Below, piece by piece: positions 1 through 11,000 of a stretch of DNA of 20,000 bases. The first letter of the stretch is position 1; every line of letters starts with the position of its first letter. The notes under the pieces were generated by a model. The model searched no databases, had not been told where the DNA came from, and saw only the letters and a program-made list of their open reading frames with translations. The translations under genes and the position numbers were made by a program. Source of the stretch: Catajapyx aquilonaris (taxonomy: Eukaryota); contig KZ538373.1 of the NCBI GenBank assembly GCA_000934665.2, forward strand, positions 56,854 to 76,853, written 5' to 3'.

Positions 1-3000
1 GGGACATGTTCACTCCTGCCCATTCTCCCAGAAGCCACACGATGCGTGCTCGGAGGATGCGGTAGTTAGGCTCACCAATCTTCAGTTCCGTCATCAGACT
101 GCTGGTGAACCACTTGTCAAAGTCAACCTGGAAAATGATGAAATGAGACTTACGCATCCAACTGACTGGGAGCAACATTCATTTTGTGTTACAAAGAATA
201 TTCTGACATGTAAAAATCAAACCTACCTCATTATACAAATCAAATGCAGTAAGTCCTATGACATTGTAAATGGCATCCTTCCTGAGGATTTCGCTGAGGT
301 CATCTGGAGGGACGGGAGCACTCTTGGACCTCATCAGTTCCAGCACTACAGGAATCAGGACCTTCTGGAATATCTTGAATAGCTCGAGGAACAAGTCTTC
401 TGTACACGGCTGGTGGAAACAAAAAAGAAAAGTGTTTGGAAAAGTTTTTACTCCCAAAATCATACTAAACTCACCCTAATATCACATTTAGATGATTCTC
501 CTCCTTCAACAGTTGCTGTGGACAGACAATTTAATTGTGTTATTCCGCAGCGATGTCAATAGGTTAGAGTACATTTTGACGATACTCACCCAGCAGTTCT
601 GGGTCACTATCCCACATCTCAAGGTCAGCCTTTGAGAATGGGAAGTACTCAAACACAAGCTTCGTGGCAATGTCGATCACTCTCTCCGTTGTGAAAAACT
701 GCGAAATTAGGTTCTGTGCCTCAAGTACTAATGGGTCCTTCACCTCTGTCAAAATTGCAACACAATTAAAAACGACAGTTCAATAGACACCTAATGACCA
801 ATTAACTTACCCCCAATGTACTTCCCAGGCTTGAACCTGTACTCGACACAGTCCAAAATCCCTTTCATCAGATTCATGCACTGGACGGTGAACCTCTCAA
901 AGGTGAAGGCCTTTCCCTCTGGGGTGAAAATGTAATGGTACACAAAGTCAAGGGAGGGTCGGATGAAGCGGACATAGGAGAAGGGATGCTGCTCCAGGAC
1001 CTCCAGGAGGACCTTCATCATTGAAGTGACACACTTCTCGCACAGGTCCTGAATGTGTTGGGAATACGGAGCAGCTTTCTTTCCTAGGGAGTTAGAAAGC
1101 AGAGCATTGAAGCTGTCACAGCCCGAATATCTTCAGGACTTACTGTATTCAAGGATGAATCTGATCCTTTCAAAAATATGGCTTAGGAATAGCACAGTAA
1201 CTTCAACCTCATGTGGCTTCTTAAAGCCACGTACAACCAGCTTCCGTAACACTTTGAGAGCCAGCAACCCCTTCTCCAAACTGGCTGTGTGGCCCACTCC
1301 GTTATTCCCTTCCTAAAATCCACATCAATATGAGACACGACCTGGGGCACCACAATGAGTGCATAGCTCACCTGCTGGAAGAATGTGTCAAGGTGAAGGT
1401 TCCAGACTGTAAGGATATACCCAAATACATTTTCGGCCAGCTCGCAAAAGACCCTCCTGTCACCGGTAAGCGTCTTGGAGGACAAAACCTTGACGACATG
1501 GTGAAGAATAAGCAGCGCACGATGTTGGCAGATCTCATTGTCAGATTTAAGAGCCTCGAGGAGCGTTGGGATCAGCTCTGGCCACTCACGAGGAAATTCA
1601 AGCCTACGGAGAAACAAAAGGTTAGAGCACATGTCGTATTCATTGCAAGCATTTCCATTACCTGGCAATCCTTGAGATCAGCACTGCCAACTGCACTGCT
1701 ATCTGGTTCACTGGTTCCACTACATTTGAAATCAGTCCTTGCCTGAGAAAAGTCTTCTCAGCATCAGAAATCGCACTGGAAAAAAATATTGTCATTAGTT
1801 AATCTGGAGAGGTTGGCCCATGCTCTCAAACACTCACTTGGGTGCATTCCGTCGCCAGTAGCGGTTGATCCCATTTTTGAAATACAAAACGGCCAGGCAG
1901 CGGACATGCTGGTCATTCGAATGGTTCGAAAATATGTTCTGAAATGCAGTAATATGCTGTAGAATTCAACAAGTTCATTAAGGCACATTTCTCAAAAAAC
2001 AATGTTCATTGGCAGGATGCAAAAATATGTCAACATTCTGAGCTTAACTGCAGTTAATCTCCGGGAGCCGTTCATTATAAATTGTAATTTCATTTCATCA
2101 TTTTGGCGACAGTTTTCTGCCCTTCATATATCAGTACAAACTATGAATCATTGATGATGCCATATTGCATCATGCCAGAATATAAAGAAAAGATTAGACG
2201 CCGCCTTTTCCTGGTGATTGGAAATTGTCAACAACCTGAATCTAAATCACCTAACACTTTGCAGGGTCTCACATGAACCGTCAAGGCCATGCACATCAAT
2301 GTCATTGAACATTACGCCATCAAATAATTTTGAAATGGTACAACACTGGAAAAAACCTCGGACAAGTATTCCTCCAGGTCATATCATGTTACCCCCAACT
2401 GACACGACCTGCAACTGTACCATCTATTATGCGGATCCTTGAATTTCACACTTCACACAGGCTGTCGACAGTTTTGGTCTTTGGTCGCGTTGACGCCGTG
2501 GACCAATCATGACACATGTAAACGAGCTGTAACAATGTGTTGCTCTTGTTTACATGAGTCATGATTGGTCCGCGGTGTCAACGCGACCAAAGACCAAAAC
2601 CGGCGGCGGCCTGTGTGTATTGGCCTCTATTTTCACACGAGCGCCGCCGCATAAATTAGGCGGCACTTCTGGCCGCACGTCTCGTGTGAACGGCTTCTTA
2701 TTATTCAATGCAAACATGTGGCAGCGCCCTGCCCTGCCCACCACCAGCATTTCTGGCGGCACCTGGGCAGCACTGCCAACCACATGTGAATCCACTGCAT
2801 CGCTGTTCACGATGCTAAAATTAGCATTGTCAACAGCAGTGCTTATTCGCACTGGTCCCAAGGTTGTGACAGAATTGTACTGCCCGCCTTGCTCTTCCCC
2901 GCCGGGAGATTGGCACCTGGGAGGTGCGGTGCGATTGGCACCACTTGCCGGCGGCGAGGAGGGGGGAAGCTGGAGTAACCTTTGACCTTTGAGGTCACAA

Positions 3001-3482
3001 GGTTGTGAGTTCAAACCCGGCCTAGGTCGGTGACTTTTCTCTAGGTGGTAGAAAAGTGAGAGTACGCCTTCCTTCGGAGGGGAAGTAAAGCCGTCTGTCC
3101 CGTGTGCTTGTGACATTGCGCGAGTGCACGTTAGAGATCCCCAGAGTGGCCAAACTTCCCGGAGGAGGACCACCCCCTGGCGTCGGTATTGAGCCGTAGA
3201 GGCCGACGTTAAGCCCCACTGAACCCAGTGCTTATTCGCCTACGCATTTACGATGAAAGTGGGCCAGTCTGTTGTGTGCGGACATAAGTGAAGGAACAAG
3301 TGTCCTATCCATAGGGGACATGTCCAGTGTCGGTGTCCCCTCACCAGCAATACGGGGTAGAACCCAGGCAGCGACTCCCACTCCTGGAGCTTGGCCTCCG
3401 CCGGCTTGAGCAGCTCCACGTCCTGACTGGCCGCCTGCTGAAGGGTCTCCAGCACCAGGGAGTATGCCCCCTGAGATTCCAT
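1..3482 (-). CDS. IPO11: Importin-11 (karyopherin beta family), 5' part; coding exons 3482-3345, 1938-1838, 1775-1662, 1603-1372, 1312-1144, 1083-811, 745-590, 515-475, 409-227, 127-<1 (continues beyond window)
   Basis: Joining exons at GT-AG boundaries gives one open frame: MESQGAYSLVLETLQQAASQDVELLKPAEAKLQEWESLPGFYPVLL/NIFSNHSNDQHVRCLAVLYFKNGINRYWRRNAP/...IAVQLAVLISRIAR/LEFPREWPELIPTLL...QHRALLILHHVVKVLSSKTLTGDRRVF.../PCTEDLF...KDAIYNVIGLTAFDLYNE/VDFDKWF...YRILRARIVWLLGEW. These match importin-11 motifs as I recall them (LAVLYFKNGIxRYWRR, WPELIPTL, KDAxYNxxGLxAxxL, VDFDxWF). Confidence 0.93.
2454..2626. mobile_element. Palindromic MITE-like element in IPO11 intron 1
   Basis: Near-perfect inverted repeat of ~70 bp: CACACAGGCTGTCGACAGTTTTGGTCTTTGGTCGCGTTGACGCCGTGGACCAATCATGACACATGTAAAC (2454-2523) pairs with GTTTACATGAGTCATGATTGGTCCGCGGTGTCAACGCGACCAAAGACCAAAACCGGCGGCGGCCTGTGTG (2548-2617). 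The right end TGTGTGTATTGGCCT resembles the terminus of the MITE at 17235-17390; the left terminus is degraded. Confidence 0.75.
2632..2795. mobile_element. Second MITE-like relic with nested inverted repeats, adjacent to the first
   Basis: TTCACACGAG (2632-2641) / CTCGTGTGAA (2681-2690) is a perfect 10-bp inverted repeat. A second imperfect pair is ACATGTGGCAG..TGCCC / GGGCAG..CCACATGT (~2714-2787). Confidence 0.5.
2960..3225 (+). mobile_element. tRNA-derived SINE with Deu/Nin-domain-like core, in IPO11 intron 1
   Basis: Pol III B-box GAGTTCAAACCC at 3007-3018. It is followed by CCTTCGGAGGGGAAGTAAAGCCGTCTGTCCCGTGTGC...GCACGTTAGAGATCCCCAGAGTGGCCAAACTTCC and a tail GACGTTAAGCCCC, which resemble Deu/Nin-domain SINE cores (recalled similarity, not searched). 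Boundaries are approximate. Confidence 0.65.
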
Positions 3483-3599
3483 CCGTCTCTATGCCCTTGC
3501 CCCCTCCGGGTCCTTGTCCTGCGGGCAGGCAGCACCCGGGGCCAAACTCCGGTCGGCCTCAGCTAATCCGGAGGGAGACGTCTTTCCCCAACTCCGGTC

Positions 3600-3800
3600 A
3601 AATCGTTAATAAATCCGGGACGGGCAACGCCGCTCATCTGTTCCAGGAATTTCCCAACATGGCCGACAACAGCTGTGCTACTTGACCCCGTAACGGTTCC
3701 TTGATGGTTGGCTATAACAGCTACATTTGGACGCGACGCCATTTGCACGAGGCGCGTCTCCGTCCTCTCTGGGGTGATTTGGAAGCGATTTGCGGTTCCA
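3600..3800. promoter_or_regulatory. Bidirectional promoter region shared by IPO11 (minus) and the ZBED-like gene (plus)
   Basis: The start codons diverge 512 bp apart (3482 and 3995) across a CpG-rich stretch. YY1/Pho-type motifs lie in opposite orientations: AACATGGCCG at 3656-3665 and CGCCATTT at 3737-3744. Confidence 0.6.
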
Positions 3801-3994
3801 GCAACAGGGTCCCGCCCCGGTGTCTGCCCTTGGGTGGAATCTAGGACGAGTGGTGGGTTAGGAACAGGTCGAAGATTGGGTGGAGGGGGGGAAGGGGGAG
3901 GGTGCGGGCCGCCCCTGGGCTGGGTGGCCCTCAGTTTGGTAAATCACTGTTATTGGCGGGGATTTTGATTGTTTGCCCCCACTTTTCCAGAGAG

Positions 3995-6900
3995 ATGGCA
4001 GGCAAAGGGCTGCCGAAGATGGTCACGGTGTATCTGGCTGAAGGAGGGCCTGGACCAAGCGGGATGCTGCCCAAATGCAGGGTCAAATGTAAGGGCTAAA
4101 GTTGGATATGGTCGGTGTGGGTGTAATAATTGGGGTGTTTTTCAGCGTTTGCTAACTTACCGAAGCACTTGCAGTCGGGTCGGAGGGATGAGGATGACAT
4201 CGCAATGGTGGATGACGTGGAGAATGATCCGGAGTACGAGCCAGAGGGTGAGCTGAAAGAAGTGTCGTCCGCAGGTTTGCAGCCGATTTGTGTGTTTTTA
4301 AGATTCAAAGTATTATAGCAGATACATTTTTTTCAGATGATTCGGACATCCCTGAAAATGACAGGCCTCGACAGAAAAGGCAGGACAACTCACCGGTGAA
4401 GAAGTCCGCAAGAATTGAGGCGAGACGAAGCTCCAGAGCTCCAAAGAGGAAAAAGCCCTTAACTGATGACGAAGATGACGATGACGATAAGGTTGTAAGT
4501 GACAGTTTGATAATTAAGTAGTCGCTTACAAGTCAGTAGCAATGTCAAAAGTTGAAACTATAGAGCTGATGTTCTCAAGCAAAATGTTCATCCAGATATG
4601 CCTGAATTATTTGTTGTTTAATCTTTAAAACATATTTCGTCTTTTTCAAAAAAAGAGAGATCAAAGTCGACATTTGCGTAAACGTCGTACGTGTAGGACG
4701 ACAGGCATGTCTGGGTTAGTAAACATTTTAGGACAATTGTTTTAAAGATTTGTACTATGTCCTCACTGAAGGCTGTGTCAAGTCCCTCAAGAAGGAAGTG
4801 GAGTATGGCGTGGGCACATTACCATGAAGTAAATAAGAATATTGCGAGGTGCAAGTACTGTCAGAAAATGATTTCATTCCGAACCACCCTCACAAACTTA
4901 AAGGCTCACATGATATCCCAGCATAAGGATGAATGGACGGCTGCGGAGCACGAATTGATAGAGGTTAGGCATACTTCTTTTAGGGAACCTCAGTGGGAGC
5001 ATGTACATTGTGGATAACTTACATTTGTACTCCCATTTTTTCTTGTCAGTCTCAGCGGATGAGTGTGGAGCCGGCGACTAGAAGGAAACGGAGCATTTTA
5101 TGGACCTATTTTCAACAAGTTGGTAATGGGACAGCCATCTGCAACTTGTGTGAAAAACGAGTCTCACACAAGACCACATCCTCGAACCTGAAGCGACACT
5201 TGCAGGTGAACCACCCAACCATCACTCTTGAGTCTGGAGGGAGATCCACGTGTGCATCAGAAGCTTCAGGGCATGAGATCAGACGAGAACGAAGCCCCGA
5301 GTATGATGAAGAGGAGCCAGATGCAGGTCAATGATTTTCATGTCATATAATATTTTACACATGGATATTTGTTATGTAGATGTCACGCTGTTGATTTGGT
5401 GAATTGAAGCATCATGTGATTTACTTGTCCAATAGAATCAATTGTGGAAGCGGAGTTTGATCCAGAGAATTCCCAGCAGCCAACCATCACGGCTTTCCAA
5501 GGGGACAGTGAAAATGGAAGCGATGAAATGCCAGATGAGGAGGTGAGAGGTCTTGTGGAAACATCACGATTTTAAATGCGCGGCATGTGCACATTAATTC
5601 CTTGCAGCAGTGAAGTGATTCCTGGTGTGTGCTTCTCTTCACAGATAATCCCAGACGTGAAGACACCAGCAAGTACAAAGAAGAAACGGAGCTCCCTGTG
5701 GGATCACTTTACATCCAAGGGAAACCGCATGGCCACTTGCAAACGCTGCTCGAAGCTAATCTCTTACAAGACCACAACCTCCAACATGAAGCACCATTTG
5801 AAGACGAAGCACCCCGAAGTTGACCTAGACTTATCACTTGTCTCAGCAGATAGCCAGCCTGCTGCTTCGTCTGCAGGAAACAGTGCTACAAAAAGAGTCA
5901 TCATCGCCACATCTTCAGTAATAAACCAGGTCAACAGGAAAAACATTGACCGCAGCCTGATGGAAATGTTCATAAAAAACAATCAACCTTTCTCACTGCT
6001 GAAGTCGGAGAATTTCATCAAGTTCACAATCTCGTTGAACCCAAACTACATTCCGCCATCCATGAAGCACATGACTAGAACAGTACTTCCTGCCCTGTAC
6101 AAAGAGTATGTCATACAGGTCAGGTCAAAGATGCTACAAGCCACAAGAGCTTGTGTGACGGCGGATTGCTGTGACGTCGGTACTGAACGTCTGATCAGCG
6201 TCATGGCACATTACAATGACGAGAGCTTGGAAACGCACCATGTGCTGCTCGAGTGTTCGGCATTGGGTGACTTTGAAGCATGTTTTGTTGTGGCTCGAAT
6301 CATGCAAGAGTGGGGATTAGACAGCAACACGGAGAGAAAGGCTTCCTTGCTGGTTACCGGTGCAGGCTTGGCTGGAGCCGAGATCAGCAACACAAGTCGG
6401 TTTGAGTGCCTGTCGTACCTGCTGGATGCAATTGTTGTGCATTCACTTGAACAGCATGCCAAGATACTGCTTGAGCAAATTAGAGCCATGGCAGACTATT
6501 TTGGGAAGAATCCGCTAGAAGAGCAGAAATCAAAGGTATGTTGGTTGTCTGAACAAGTCAAGAGTAACGAGTAATAATTCGGCACCTTGGTTGTTCCACA
6601 GGATGCGGATGTGAAACTGCTCACCCGAGATGTGGACACCCAGTGGCCCACGACCCTGCAGATGTTGCAACAGTTTGTGGAACTTGAGAACAGCATCAGA
6701 GCTGTGATTATATCAGTGTCTGAGACAGATTTTCAAGCAGCTCGTGAATTAATTGAGATCCTGATACCGTGGGAGGAAGTGTCTGAAAAGCTGAAGAGCG
6801 ATTACGTGTTGGGGGCAATGGTGGTCGTATACACAGAGGGTCTCCTGGACCACTGCAACGAGTTGAGCTGCAGACCCCGTGAAATTCTGTCAGCCACCGT

Positions 6901-7527
6901 CCTGGCCACGCTGACAGCGGAACTGAAGGCCTTGCTGAAAAATGTGGAAGACGAGGGCAGCCTAGGTCTGGCCACATTGCTGGATCCGAGGTTCAAGACA
7001 CTGGGATTTCAGGACAGCGGACATGCCCGGACCGTCAGGAGTCGCCTGGAGAAAATCCTGGTTGAGCAGGATCCAGGGAGAAGCGAGGCGTCACCTGTGA
7101 AGACGCCATTGCCAGGCCGACCCATCACAGGGCTATCCATCCTTTCCAAGTTCCTGGGAAAAGTGGATGCCACCAGGCCCACCGTCCTGCCGCAGTGTCG
7201 CGGGATTGTTGAGTTACAACGGTGGGTACAATGCAACGTAATCCCAGCAGAATGCTGAAGCCTTATTTCAAATCCCGTTTTCATTGCAGGTACCTGATCG
7301 AGCCCTGCCTGGACATGGAGGAGGACCCGCTCCAGTGGTGGCAGCAAAGCAGGGAGTCGTATCCGTTCCTGTCCAAGGTTGCAAAAGAGACACTCTGCGT
7401 ACAGGCTACCTGCATCCCTGCGCAGCTGGTGTTCACAAAGGCCAGGCGGCTGATTCGAGATTATTGCGGTGACCGCAGTTTGGAGAGGATGAAGTACATG
7501 TTGTTCTTGGATGCTCACATGGACTAA
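3995..7527 (+). CDS. Domesticated hAT-transposase-derived zinc-finger BED protein (ZBED-like; 3 BED fingers, inactive DDE core, hAT dimerisation domain). Proposed exons 3995-4088, 4146-4247 (alternative donor 4274), 4337-4494, [4697-4714 possible micro-exon], 4772-4963, 5050-5326, 5436-5542, 5645-6535, 6602-7221, 7290-7527
   Basis: Three BED fingers: WSMAWAHY..ARCKYC..TTLTNLKAHMISQH, RSILWTYF..AICNLC..TTSSNLKRHLQVNH and RSSLWDHF..ATCKRC..TTTSNMKHHLKTKH. hAT core: NQPFSLLKSENF..LNPNYIPPS, DVDTQWPTTLQML, ATLLDPRFK. C-terminal DPLQWWQQSRESYPFLSKVAKETLCVQAT. Splice phases are compatible at the proposed GT-AG junctions; the N-terminal exon linkage is less certain. Confidence 0.88.
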
Positions 7528-8074
7528 AATTCCAGTGAATCAGACCTTGTTCAAATGGCCTGACCAGCTTTACACACGTTGTGGTAACAGAAAGACCAAT
7601 GGTGGTTAATGCCTCTTTGACACTGTACTGTACTTTACTCGATGAAAATGCTTGTGCATTTTTAACAGGAAAATCATGTATCGTTTCTAGATGTAAGGAG
7701 AGTTTGACATAAAAATATTAAATAATGGAAATTGATATATTTTTCCAGACGGTGAGCGAATCTAATACGGCAGTGATCCCTGTTAACGTTACACGTAACT
7801 GATAAGAACTGGACCGTTTCAATTTTGTCGATTTATTTCCGCTAGCATAATATGAAAATAACACCCACGAACATTCATGTCTTTTAACACTCTGAAGTCT
7901 ACCAGTGGATTGAAACAGATAGCAATCGTGTTCAAAACACTAGCACAGGAAGGTGGGGGTGTACCAGATGCAATAATAAATGGTTACAACTCTGCACTAT
8001 TGGCATCATGATCAATAATTCTAGTTCGTAAAATAACAACGGTGTCCACACACGAGGTGCTAAAACCACCAGCA

Positions 8075-11000
8075 TTACACTCTGAGCCTGTCCATGTAAA
8101 TGGGCTTGGACTGCACTAGGTCTGAGTAAGTGGCCGAGAGATGTCTCAACTCCTGCAAAGCATAGTCTTCTGGGAGGGGCAGCTGTGCCAGCAGTTCTGC
8201 CCCGGGTAGGACCCCGCTTTGTTCGCCTGTCTCTCCGGCCAGTACGAACATGGCTCTGAGCACGTGAGCAAGGCGCTTGGCCATCTCCGCTTGACACAGG
8301 TGCTCCTTTGGGGTGTGCACCTTCATGGACATCACACGAGACACTAGGGAACCCAGCTTCGGCCCCAAGCGCGATGCCAGCCCTGGAGCGTCCTCTGATT
8401 TTGAAGCGACCATGTGCTCCACGGCTTCCAGCACCTGTCGTATTGAAAGAACTCATGAAAATATTTCTGGTTACATAACACCTCACCTGAATGCAATGCC
8501 ATTACCTGCAGATACTCCCAGAAGACGAGCCCTCCATTTGCCCACCCAGCCACTCGAGATGCATTTTGTGGGAGGGCCATTTTGTTCAGGAAAGCTGCCA
8601 GATGTGCACGGTTGTCCTGAACAACTGCGGATGGACCCACATGTGAAGTCAGGAGGTCGTGGCAGCGGGTCCAACGACCCGCCTTCAGCCAGAACCATGC
8701 TTCAAGCTCGGGGAGACCCAAAGATGATGCACGAGTCGCCTTTGCTTCGAAGATCCATTCGGCAGGGATGTGAAGCTCATGCTGTATATAACATGATGAT
8801 AATACAGGGTGGTTGCAAAGTTAGATTTCATTCAAACCTGCAAGAACTCCTCGATGTTTTCCTCCCCTTGTGTGGAAACATGCCTCCCAAGCAGGTCCCT
8901 CAAGATGGTGTCTCTTGCCGGGGAGGTTGGCAGGTGCAGAACCACAAACGCAGCCCACCACCACAAGCCAGAGGCCTCCAGCTGTGCAGCAAAGCTGCAG
9001 TGCAGGTTGGCTGCCTGATGGGCACCAATGTGGCCGTACCCAAGCGACATCAGGGCCTGGTGAAGATGCCAGCTGGTTCTGAAATCCACAGGGTCGCGGG
9101 TGTGTGTGTTGGGCTGCAGCATTGCCTGTACAGGGGATAAGGGTGGTCAGCTCTCACGACTTGCGACAAGCACCGCCGAGTCCTAACCTGCAGCGGATGT
9201 GACCTCTGCCCAAACAGCTTGAGCATGTGGAAGCACAGGTCATAGGGCATGGAGGGATCATGCTCGATTCCCTCCACCCCCAGATCTTCCTCCAGATGTG
9301 GCGGCAGGGGTGGCGTGGCGTAAATCCCGCAGTCCCACCCTGCCCCAACGTTGATCTCCTTTCTGAACGCACGCTCGTATTCTCTCAGCACAGCCGGGAG
9401 AGAGGAGGCTGGGGATGTGATATACCACAGATGCACTCCCAGGCACCGCTTCCAGTCCAGCCCTGCACAGGTGTTGACCTCCCCTCCGTAGGGGTGAGCT
9501 TCAACGGGATCGTCTGAGGTGAGGTACACCGGAATACCAGCGGCCAGGGCCAGTGTGCGGAGAGACTCCAGGGGCATGTGTCTGTCTGCCTGTGCCTCGG
9601 CCCATGTGCCCATCTGCTGCTGCACCAGGCGCTGGCTAGTCATGCTTGACGACTAATGGAAAAAAGCGTTCCAGTTAGCCTTCACTGTGTGATCATCTGT
9701 GTGTACACTCACCTGTGTGATTAGGAGTGCTGCTCTGTACCCTGCTTCTTCATCTACGTACTCACACCAATCCCTCAGCTGGTGTCCCGTCAGCTTGGCG
9801 CTCCTCCCTCTCCATCCTTCCTCCTCCACTTTTCTCCTGTCCTCCTCCACCTTCCCTTCCACCGCCCCTTCCAGCCAGTTCCCAACGCCTCTCTTCCTTG
9901 CCAGCATCCAGGCGTGAGTGTTGGGCCGCAACTTTTCAGGCTCTGGCACCTCCTTGCTCTGGTCTATGCGGCCCCACAACGCTTTTGCCAGGCCCCATGC
10001 CAAGTGGGAAGGGTCGGACTTGGGTGAATTTTGGGCAATGTCGTAGTGGGAGTGGATTGGGTCAGGGCCGTGCTTGGCCTTGAAAGGTTCGTCATTGTCT
10101 GGGTCGCGGCTGTCCACAGACAGGGACAGCTGAGCCTCCAAGTGCTGCTCCAAGCACTCATCTGATGAAACCTGCAGGGCGCATTTAATATCAATTATTT
10201 TGCTGGTTGAACCGAGTGAAAGTTAGCTCTTACCTGGAGCTTCATGATGTTGACCTCCAAGTTTGATCTGGAGGTGAGTGTCCAGCCTGCCCCCCATCCA
10301 ACCCTGAAAGCTCGTCCATGGAAAAGGGCTGCATCGGCCATCATGGCCTGCTTGCCTGCCAGCAACGTCTTGCTCAAAGGAATGTCATCATCGGCATGCT
10401 TTGGCGGAACCATCACTGGCTTCTCTAGTGGTAGAGGTGTTGGTAGGGGTGCTGTAGACTGCTTCGGGACTGAGGGTGCCATTGAGGTGGCTGCGAGGAA
10501 GGCAGGCAGGCGGGGAGCGGCAGAGAGCTCAGGCAGGCGCAACGAAGGTCGCTTGCAGACAGGCGACCCAGGAACAGACTGGTCCATTGTCTCTGACTCC
10601 ATATCTTCCTCGTCCGATTCGTCGGCAAAGAAGGATGCTTTCATCATCTGGATGTTGCGTCGCATGCTTGGAAGCACTTCCCCTGACCCGATGTGCTCCA
10701 TGCTCAGTTCCTTTTCCTGGACAAAAAATCCAAGCCATTAGTTCAGAATAATTACATCAAATTCCAAATGATTGAAGCGAACCTGTCTGCTGATTGGGCG
10801 GTCCTGGTCCTCCATGGCTTGATCCTCTTCTCCTATTGTATCCATGTGGTGCATAACCAAGTTCCCATTGACAGACGGTGACATGGAGGAAGGTACAGGT
10901 GGAGTTGGAAGTGGCTGGGGTGGCACAGGGGCAGCCGTGGCATCGCCCCCACCCTTTCTGGCAGGTGACAGCTGAGAAGGCTTTTTGAGAGGTGGTGGTC

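Noticed and set aside
2559..3173. 204-aa minus-strand ORF in IPO11 intron 1
   Set aside because: It spans MITE and SINE sequence; the LVFGRVD peptide recurring on both strands simply reflects the palindrome.
5576..7527. Active autonomous hAT transposon
   Set aside because: Catalytic D2, E and the CxxH His are substituted, no TIR/8-bp TSD was seen, and the gene has multiple host-type introns.
8313..9140. 275-aa plus-strand ORF and other antisense ORFs across Nup98-96
   Set aside because: Shadow ORFs of GC-rich coding exons on the opposite strand, with no domain signatures.
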